The position numbers and the translations under genes are program-made. DNA of 64,000 nt, taken from assembly GCA_963806855.1 (NCBI GenBank), contig CAWDYW010000003.1, forward strand, positions 704,001 to 768,000, in the 5' to 3' direction. This stretch comes from an uncultured Verrucomicrobiae bacterium (GTDB taxonomy: Bacteria; Chlamydiota; Chlamydiia; Chlamydiales; Rhabdochlamydiaceae). Under the pieces are notes generated by a model. That model saw nothing but the letters and a program-made list of their open reading frames with translations, ran no database searches and was not told the origin of the DNA. Of the stretch, positions 47,419 through 57,700 are shown piece by piece; positions within the stretch are counted from its first letter, which is position 1; every line of letters starts with the position of its first letter.

Positions 47419-48282
47419 AAAGTGACTCCAATATTGATATCATAGGATATAAATTTTTTTGGTTGGCTTCCAAACAAATGTTGGACAATCGGATAGCCCG
47501 CCCCCAATTGGATGATGAGCCTCTTTGATGAGAACCAAAGCGAGGGAGTGAGATAGATCACGTTGCCACCCGAGTCGGGATCGATTGTGCCTTTGATTTT
47601 GTTTTTCCAAGAGTAGACGCCGTTGAATTCGAGCATCATTGCAAAAATCCATCCGCAAGGGCTTGGGAGATACCTTTCCAGTCCAAATTCATAAAAGATT
47701 TCATTCCCAAATCTGGTTTTATGGCGCGTGGTGGTCAGGATGCCGCCATAAGAGGTAAAAACCATCCAGTTGACTGTTGAGTAGTTGAGAGTAGCGCCGA
47801 GGAAAAAACTGATTGCTTCAAAGCCTGTAGGAGGGATTTTAGTGCCCGACCCGGTTGGAAAGGTCATGTTTGCCACTAGTGTTGCCTGGGTATTGGAGAT
47901 GGCGTTTGAACCGTTGTAGAAAGCCCATTCTAATTGAGCAGAGTAGTCCTCCAGGCCAGCAGAGTGGTAATGGGGTTCTTTGTTGCCGGGCGAAAAAGGG
48001 AAAGTTTAGGAAGAGGGAGAGATTGTCCCGAATCCCCCACAGAATCCCTGGGTAAATATCGTTGAGATAGCTGGTTTTTCCATAAAAGCCATCAGCAAGT
48101 AAGAAAAGCTGCAAATCGCCTTTGTTGATGATGTTCTCCCCAAATGAGACAAGGGGACCTGGTTGCTGAGAGACGGGAAGGGAGAAGTTTCCACACTTAG
48201 GCGGCTCCTCTTTTTTGGGCTTCTCTTCCGCAGCGTAAAGGGCGGAGAGGAGTAGAAGTGGAGCAATTAGTTTGCCTTTCAT
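47415..48282 (-). CDS. Putative outer-membrane beta-barrel/transporter (one frameshift near 47995)
   Basis: Signal peptide MKGKLIAPLLLLSALYA; removing one T from a T5 run joins the two ORFs; FPTG and DSGGNVIYLTPSLW motifs. Confidence 0.65.
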
Positions 48283-48740
48283 AGCCCTACCGAATGAATA
48301 AGCAAATAAATGGAAATGGCGAAGCAGAGCCAGACCTGCAGATGGAGCACCACGTGTAAGGTATTGGGAACGACATGATTCCCTCGTGCAGGCAAAAAGT
48401 GGTGAGTGTGCTGAAATTTGCTGAATGCTTGCCTGTGCTTTTCCGAGCTGCCGAAGAGGTAGGGGACCCACCAGCTTAAAATGGTGCCGACGGTCAATGC
48501 CGCATAGAACAAGAGGATAATGAGTTTTGCCGCAAGGGGGAGGTGATGTCTATAAATGATCGTCAGAATCAGGGGAACCAAGACGAACGTTCCATTGATG
48601 AGGGAACCACGTAGGCGGACCCGATTGCTGTCGACCTTTTTCAGCGCTTCGATATCGTTGAAGGGTGGGACAGGGATCCAGTCGTGGAAGAGCATGAAAA
48701 AGAGTAGCAAGCATTGTAGAACAATAAAAAATGCCATCAT
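48279..48740 (-). CDS. Hypothetical membrane protein
   Basis: Four TM; HDWIP.PPFND, WWVPY, PNTLH. Confidence 0.75.
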   Translation of the reverse strand: MMAFFIVLQCLLLFFMLFHDWIPVPPFNDIEALKKVDSNRVRLRGSLINGTFVLVPLILTIIYRHHLPLAAKLIILLFYAALTVGTILSWWVPYLFGSSEKHRQAFSKFQHTHHFLPARGNHVVPNTLHVVLHLQVWLCFAISIYLLIHSVGL

Positions 48741-48784
48741 ATTCCTACAGAATAGCCCATAGGAGAGATTAATCCAAATCTTTC

Positions 48785-51700
48785 TCAGAATTCCTTATTC
48801 TGCTCTTCTGCTTCCAGGCGGGCGAAGAGCTTTCGCAGCGAGCTGACTTCGTACTGTTGCTGGCTGTAGCCTTTATTTGACAGGATCTTCCGCTCAAAGA
48901 GTTGCTGCATCGGTTCGAAGCCGTGCTGCCGAATCCACTTTTCGAGGCGGGGGAGCTCGTCTTTGGAGTAGTGGACTCTGCCGTCGAAGAACTTCGCCTG
49001 GACGGTCAGTCTGACATACTTCTCGTCATGTTGCAGTGCGGCGAGGTCAACCGGCTGGGGCCCTTGGGTCACCACTCCAGAACCTAGGTTAACGAGGGCG
49101 ACCTTCACGTCTCCACTTGCTTGTTTAGGCAGATGGTCTTGAAGCTGTTCTGCTGTATCTTGGCTGACGAGGGCGAGTCTGACGGCACGACCATCATCGA
49201 TCACGACGACATTGCTAGCATAATCTTGGTAGGCATTCCAGGGGCTGTATGGGGCCTGTTTGTCGCTAGTCCGTTCATACATTGGCGCCAGGTTGAGGTC
49301 GATCAGGAGCTCGGAGTCGAAAAGCGGGGATGCGATCTCGCTTAATCTGAGCATTTGGTTTTGGGGTGACGTTTCTCCGGTCACTGTGTCTATAGCTACT
49401 GGCTGCCAGGTCTTCGCTTCGAGCAATCGGTCTTGTGGCAACTCGAGGATGGGGCGTCGCTCTGTGTAGAGGGGCGATTGAATTTCGGTCTGAATTTCTT
49501 TCTGCTGCTGCTGCTCTTGTTTGCGGTTTGTTTCTGTCATTTTTTGTGTCTCGGTCTCGAGCTGCACCTCGCGGTTGTTTCGAGAGCCGATGGGGGTTTG
49601 CAGGGTGGGGGGCATTTTATCGTAAAAGGTGTCGGCGATGGCGTATAGCTCGCCTTTGAGTGTCTCAACGGAGTACTTGGCGGTCAGCAGGGGATGGGTC
49701 GAGAAGGCTTGGAATGGCTCGCTATCGATGAGCTGCTTAATATTTTCGCGCACAACGATCTCTGCCGGGGCCTCTGTCGCGGTCTTGCCCATCTGCTCCC
49801 AGGGGCTGCTGGGCTCCTCGACGACAAATAGCTTTGCTGTTGCCTGGAAGAGGGTACGCAGCTCAGGTCCCTTCGCTCCCGAAATTGCGCCAAAGACTTT
49901 GTCGATCAGGTGGGCGCGGAGCGATTCGCTTAGGGCTCTGGGGATGTCGGTCCGCAGCCGCTCTTTCTCGAGGGTGACGGCGTAGACGAAGAAGTGTTCT
50001 AGCTTAAGCTCATCTCCAACATCGATGTCAAAGACCCGCTTGAGGGTTGCGGCGATCACCCGTTTATCCTCTTCAGACACCACAAAGCGCACTTTCTGAC
50101 CTGCGGCGAGTCCGCGTAGGCGCCAGACGGCTTGTAGCCCATCTCGCATCAGGGTCTGTCTGCCCACCGAGACGATCGCCTCTTCGAGTGGATGAAGCTT
50201 CCAGTCGACGCCTGTGCAGTACTTTTGCGCCCAGTAGCCGGCTACGTCGTCTCGATCCATCCCTGCCATTGAGAGAGGCACAGGGGTCTCGGTATGGCGG
50301 CGCAGGACCATCTCTCTGCCCTCTTCGTTATGGAACATGATCGCTTTGTAGCGGGTCGCCTCGAATTGAGGCTGCGAGATGATCGCTTTGGCTACCTCGT
50401 AGTTGGAATCGTCGCGGAATACTCCGGCGAGGTCGGCGAATGAGCCTTGGAAGCCTTCGTATAGACCTGTGATCCGCTCACCGATGGCGGCCCCTTTGGG
50501 TGCTTCAGGAAGGGTCCGGATGGTGTGGGGGCTATTTTCCCAAAGAAGGGCGAGGGTGCGCGGCTGAGTATCCGAAGGAATAAACTTGTGGAACATCTGC
50601 GGGAATGTCTCGCGGTTCCAGACTGTTCCGCTATAGGCCTTCACGGTCTTGAACAGGTAGGCGACCATCTGGGCCGATAGGCCGAGCTGTTTGGCGTACC
50701 GTTTAACCTGGGGCAAGGCATGCCGCTGGATCAGCTCAAGTTTTAGCTCTGGGTGTTCATTGATGTGCTTGGCCATCTTCTCACGATCGGCTGGAGCAAG
50801 GGTTGCCTTGAGCTTATAGGAGTGGTCATTGCCGTTAAGGTGATAGAATGTCTGGTAGGACTTGAGGTCGTCGATGGAGCCGACAAAACCCTCTTTTTCC
50901 TTGTCCAGAGCCTCTTTGAGGGCTGCTGTCTCCTTGTCGATGATCTCGTGGCTGATCGGCTGGGCTAGGTGCATGACGATGGTGTAGTCGAGAATCTCGG
51001 TCACGGTGCCGTGGAGCGCCTTTTTTGCCGGGTTGTCGCTTCCATGGTAGGGGATCGCGACAAAGTCCATGTCTGGCTGCTCGGCGCGCCATTTGGAGGG
51101 CATTGCGCCGAAGTTTTCACCGAGAATTTTGTTGAGCACGAGGGGGAACAGGGAGGAGATCTGCTCTTTGTAGGTCGCAAGGAGGTTTTTGATGTGGGGG
51201 TTGTCGATCTTTTCGACGAATGCGTAGGATGGGTCGGTGCGGCCCCGGCGATAATCTTCAACTGCGTCTTTTTCTTGTGCAGAGAGCGATGGTTCGGGGC
51301 CCTGTCCGTCGACGATGTAGGCTGCAAGGGCCTTTCGCTCGGCAGGCTTAAGTCTGCTGAATAGGGTGATCAGAGCCTCTGGGCGAGGGGGCTTGGCGTT
51401 GAGGTAGCTCCGCACGTGGGCACGGCCGGTCTCGTCAAGGCCAGCTAAAAAGCTCTGCATTGGCCGGTCTTCAGGAGACACTTTGCCTGTGACGACGGCA
51501 TCGATGAGCTTTTGCTTGGCATGCTGCTCGTAGTTCTCCTCGGAGAAAGGGATGGTGCTTCCGTTTTCGATAAAGGGCCAGCGGATCAGCTCTCGAAGCG
51601 AGGGATCGGTCGCGATGAGTCCGAATAGCGATAGAGAGGCCGTTTCCAGGTCTTTATGCATGCGCTCCTTATCGCCTAGGGTGAACAGGTGGGCGCGCAG

Positions 51701-54700
51701 CACGTCGAGCAAAAGGTCCACCTCGTCGAGATTGGCCGCGCCAGAGGTGCGCAGGGTGTCGACGACTTTGCCCATCAGCTCGAGCTGCTCGTCGGTGATG
51801 TGATTTCCAGATAGGCACATTTCGGCAAAACGTAGAGCGATGCTGAGCACGCTGCCGCTGCTGATGAGCATCACTCTGCGCTCGGTGCGGATCAACTCCA
51901 ATCTCTCGAGCAGGTGGCGGAGGGCGGGTGCGGAGACGTCGCTATCTCTTCCGAAACTGACCACCTCGACAGCCCGTCCAAAGCCTGTGCCCAGCAGCCG
52001 CTCCAGCGTTGCCGACATCGAGGGGAGGAGGACCTCTGGCATTGACACGGCGACAACTTTTTCGCCGTCAGCGGCCTGGATGGCCTGCAGGACGCTCACC
52101 ACAGCTGTCTTGCCGAATCCCATGATCGCTTCGAGCAGGACGCCGGTCAGGTGGTCGGTATGGGCGTGAAACTGGGTCTCGGGCAGTTTCTCCAGGACGG
52201 CCACCTGGTCTTCGCGCAATCTGAAGGCAGGGTCGCCCTTGCTCATGAAGTAATCATAGACCAGGTATTCGGGTATTTCGTCGCTGGCGTATGAGGGGTG
52301 ATACTGATGGGCCGCCTCAAGGATCTTGCCGATTCGGCTGATTTCGACGGCCGGCTCGCCCCGCTTGACTGCGGCGTGGAGGGTGTCAACGAGCAGCTTC
52401 TGAAATGCGGCCATCCTCTGCAGGCGGCCGATTTTGAGCGCCTCGACGGTCATGTCGTAAAGACGATGGACTTCATCGGGAGACAGCTGCGGAAGGCGGC
52501 GATGGAGCTCCTCCATGTCGCGGGTCAGAAGAAACGTGGTCACTTCGTTAAAGTCGATAGGGGCTAGTGTCTTGCCTTCGAGTTCCTGACGGAGGCGGGC
52601 ACGTAGAAGGGGATCTTTTGGCTCTTGATTGGCCAGTTCGACGACCCAATGCTGCGCCTGCTCCAGGTCGTACTGGAGGTGCTCTGCGATGTTTTTAAGC
52701 TCTTCGCTCCAGGTCTCTAGCGTCTGCTCTGCCCCATCCTTGACGGCGTACAACGTATCATCCTCCAGCGTGGTCCGGAAGGCCTGCACCTCTTCTGCGG
52801 CCGATCCGAGCGCCCCCTTGAGGTAGGGGTCTTGGGTGGTGACGTCGAAGATGGCCTCGAGCCGCTTGAGTCCGAGGTCGCGCGAGGCTCTATCGGCCTG
52901 TTTCATTGGCCGCATCTCGATGGCGCCCTCGAAATTGGTGATCATCGGTTGGCGGAGCTCCATCACATCGGGCTTGAGGCGTGTGCACAGCTGGAAGCCC
53001 GCATCGGCAAAACGGGTAGGCTGGCTCTGCTTGGCCAGGAGTGGTTGTGGGACCTTGGCTCGATCAATCTTTTGCTCCTCTCCCTCTCCCTCATCCTTCG
53101 GGGATTGATAGGACAGTTCTAGTTCCCAAGGGTACATTGTTTTGCCAATATACTCGCGCCCAGAGGCTGGCCATTTGTTTGGCTCGAGGAGAACGGAGAG
53201 AATTAGCGTCCAGAGTACACGTTGATGGACATTATTAGTGCTGAGACGGTGAGCCCGCAAGGCGGTGATTGCCTCTGCTCTGGCATCGTGCAAGGGCTCG
53301 GTTCCTGTGAGATAGACGACCAATTCTCTCAGCCTCTCGGGAGTAGGGTATCGCACTTTCAGGTAGAGGTTGAAAAAGTCCGCGTCGATATAAACCCATT
53401 CTAAAAACTTATCCTCCTTTTGCTGAAGGGGAAGGTCTAGCACCGTCTCGCCTTCAATCTCGACGTCGGCCAGGTCCATTCGACGCTTGCATTGTACGAT
53501 GTATTCATGCTTTTTCAGGTAATCTCTAGAGAACTCCTCCACATCATGAAAATTATATTCCAATCCCGAGTACTCATCTTCTGGCCTGACCCAAGTAGTC
53601 CGGTACCAGCCCCCGCCTGAGTGATGGGCGTCCTTTGCTCGTGCTGAAAGCACCTTCCCAATCTTATTCGCGGCACTTTCTAGTTCTCCATAGTAGAGCG
53701 CCTCGTCCTTATTGTTTTGATTAAAATTCACTGGCTCTTTGAGCTGGTCAGCATAGGCGGCGAGCAGGCTCATCTTGTCGGGTGAGAGGGCGTAGATCCC
53801 CATTTGGTCGGCGACTTTCAGGTAGGCCTGAAAATCTTTGGCAAACTGCACCTGGCTCCATTTTCTCTCCCACGGATTGGCAATGTCGATATCGCCGACC
53901 TGTGTGCGGGTGCCAAAGTGCCAGGCATCTCGGATCAAGAGGTAGTGTGCTTCCATTGTCGCTGCTAGCGAGGGAGGCGAGTGATTCTTCGTCGTCACGG
54001 GCATCTTGGTGAGAGTGATGATGAGATTGCGCTGCTCTCTATCGAGTTTGCCAATTCCGATGCCTGGGCCATGCATGAGCTCTATCGCCCGGCTGTAATC
54101 GCGCTGATGCAGGGTGTAGGAGGCGAGGTGGAGAGCTCCCGCCGCCGCCGTGAGGGGGAGCAGTTTGCCGTTCTCCTCGTCGATCCCATAGCGATAGACG
54201 GGAGTACGGGCAGTGAGGTCTCCTGATGCGTCTGGGGTTAAGTGTGGTATCAGGGGCCAATATCCAGTCTGCAGGAGTTGGCCAGGAATGATCACCTGTT
54301 TTTCGACTGTACCGCCTTGCCGATCCTTATAGAGGAGCATGCTGTTTTTTACCTTACCAAGCGCTTCAACGTGGTTCCGACCTACCGGCACATACCATCC
54401 AGGGAAGCGGGGGCAATAGGCGCGGCGCTCTCCGTTGACCGTATGCACGTTAAACTCTAACCCAAGCCGTAGCATCGTGATGTTCTCGATCAGCCCCGAT
54501 TTGCCATTTACCCAAGTTCTGATGTACTTCGAAGTGATATCCTCATCCTTGTCATCTGTCGCGTCCAATAGAGCGAAGGCAGTTGGAGTCCGCCCTAGAA
54601 CGCGCCCTGTGTCAGCTCCTGACTCATCGAGTTCATGCACCGCCTGAATACGGTTGCCCCAAAAGTCTAGTCGATAAAGGGGAGTGAGATTCTCCTTAGC

Positions 54701-57700
54701 TGTCACCCAAGCTGTCTTTCCATCGGTGTCTCGCCACAGCGATCCGGATTCCCTGAGGAAGTCTATTTCTTGTGAAGCAACCCCATTCCAGGGTGTGTAC
54801 AGAAGAAGATCTTCTCCTCGCTTCCAGTGGACTTCCTTGATTCGGTTGTGATCATCGCCGAGAATAAACAGTTCACCTTGTGGGGTACTGCAGCGGAAGT
54901 GGCCGGGGGCGCCCTCTATCCAGAGCAGCCCGTGTAGTGCCGCCAACGAGCGGATTGGAGCATCGGATAATACCTCATGCGGCAGCATGCGCGGGAGGCC
55001 CTGTCGCATCCAGACGTGCCCGCTGAGGAGATTCACTTCAACATCGCCGGTCGCATCGGTAAAGATGTGGGAAAGGTAAGCGTTGCGGGTGAAGGGCCGC
55101 TCGGTGAAGCCTGGTAAAACGCGGCCGATCGCTCGAGAGAGCATATGGGTATCTTCGTCTGGAAGGCCTTTATGGAGCAGACCGGCTAAGCTCTTCGGCA
55201 GATTCGAGAATCTCTCCTGCTGCTCGTTGCTCCACAAAGGATTGTTCGGGCGTAAGGGATGCATGTCGAACAGCATCAGCGACGTCAAGATATCTTCGAG
55301 TGCTTCTGGCCCCAAGGCTGTCGCTTCAGCATAGGACATCGCCAGATCTGCAGCATAGCGAGACCGCTGATCGGGCGTGAGGTCTTGCTTTAAGAGCCTT
55401 CTCCACTGCGCACGGGCGTCGAGGAATTCGATGCGAGGGAGATTTGGCTCTCTGGCTATGATGTCAGAGGCGATGCGAGCAACAAGATCATAGAGCTGGA
55501 GCACCCCGGCGGCGCTTTCAACCTCTCCCAGCGCGTCCTTAAGCCGATAGTGCTCATCGAACATCGTCGATAAGGTCGTCAGGGTCGCTTCGGCTGCCGC
55601 AGGGCTGCTGCAGAGGTGGTGTTCAAGTAGCCCTGGCTCAAGCAATAATTTTCCCATCAACTGGCTGGTATCAGGACGGTCGAGCAGCTCCCGGTTCTCG
55701 TTGAACAGGGCGAGTGTCTCGGCGATTTGGAGGCTCTTCACCGAGCTGCACCCCTCTAGGCGCCGGGCTAACTGGGCCGGAATGTCGAGCTTGGCGATCT
55801 CTTCGCGGTAGAGCGCTCGCTCAGTGGGTGGAGTCCGTTTACGTAATTTGCCCATAAGCTGGGAACCGATACTCTCTAGGTAGAGGGCATTTCGATTCTC
55901 GTTGACTTTTGGCAAACTCCCCATTTGAATGCGGCTCAAGCTACTTGGCATGCGGTCGATCTTCGCATCTTTGATATGAGGGGCTCGCCATGTGGTTTCA
56001 TATTCGAACACCAATCGAGGTGGGGTTAACCCATACTGATCCGCTGGAGCATCGACTACATGGAGGATGGGTCTTCCGTCATCCAAGGTGAGCAGATCGT
56101 CAGGTTGTTTGTGGATATTCTCATCTTCACTTCCTCTGGTCAAAATTCCTAAGTCCGCGCTCAGATCTTGAAGGGCAGAGAACCCTTTGGGAAGGAACCT
56201 ATTGCTCTGATCAGTAAGAAGAAGGCAAGTCTTGCGTCGATCATTCATTACGGGTGCACCAGAGAACGCTTCCTTTACGCGATTGGGATTGCTCTTAACC
56301 CATTGTTTGACCCACTCGAAGGCTCGCCAGGGAGTCGTGAGCTTGTCCCCGCGCACCTGATTATGCCACGGCTCCCAATCCCCCTCATCGTAGCTAGGTT
56401 CTGCGCCATAGACAATCCCCTGCCCCTGCAAATACATTCCGGGGGCAAAGCCCTCAGTAAAGAAGAATGAGGGTCCAGAAGGGTCTTCGTCCCTGCGGCG
56501 CTCAAGCCAATAGTTTTGCAGCTGAACAAACTGCCTCTGCCATGAGGAGCTGGTCAATTCAGAGTTTGGCATCTGATTGGTCAGAAATAGGCGAAGCGAT
56601 GGCTGCAGCAGATGGTCCAACATCACCCGATCTTCTACTGGAAGCTGCTGGACAAGAACATCGGCTAGGGTAAATACCTTAAGCATCGCCAGAGTGTCGA
56701 CGCTACTCATCGCCCCAGATCCAGACGCCACAATCGCCCGAGTGTAGAGCCAGTTTTCTTGAACTAAGATGTCGAGCAGCCGGCTCGCATCCGCAGGGCT
56801 CATCTCTGACCAGAATGGAATCGGCGCGGCCGGATCAGCCGGTAGCTCTAGTGGCAGCCGGTCAATCAGTTCTGTTAAAAGGACCTTGGAGTCAGCGACA
56901 GCGTTATATTTATCAATGCCTGCAAAGACAGAATCGACATGCTCGGCAATCGTTGCGGGGGAGGGTGTATAACCGCGGATCGCCAGGATTAGCCGGTTAA
57001 CTGGCAGATCGTACCTCTTGGAACGCTCTCCCCATACGCCTGGAGGAGCGAGGGCATTAGTGACATATACGTCGATATCCCTTCCAAGCACCTTGGCGGG
57101 CACATTCAGGTCTACAGTTGGTCTAGTTACCATCTTCCCATCTGCTTTATCGGCCGCATCAATCGAGGCGCGCACATGATCGAAAAGCCCCTGAATATAC
57201 ACCCGCTCCCCATCTGAGAACACCATAGTCGATGCGCCAATGACGTCATGGGCAACTTGCTGAAGCCCCATCCTGACAAGTTCTCTGCTCTCAGCATTTG
57301 GGATAAGTGGAACCATACCCTGCAGCGCCTTGACCCTCGTCAGCATCACGAACCGATCGAAGCGACCTGTATGACGGAGATGCTGGTGGTAGACCGCCTC
57401 CAGACTCGTCTGCGTACAGTGACCAACGGAAAGCGATCTTTGAGTGTTATCATCGGAGTAGGCCCGAGTGGAATGCCGCCCTTCCAACATCGGCATAATC
57501 ACATCATACAACTCTGTGGGACCCACCCTGTCTCCATATTCCCCCCGATCCAGCGCTGCCAGCATACCTAGAAACGTCGGAGTGGCAATCATCTCGGGAT
57601 CGACGTTCTCCCATTCGAGAAACGTCAAATAGGCAGGGGAACCGCTCTCTGTATGAGCATGTTTCTCGAGACCGTCGCCCTGGTTATATACCCTGACTGC

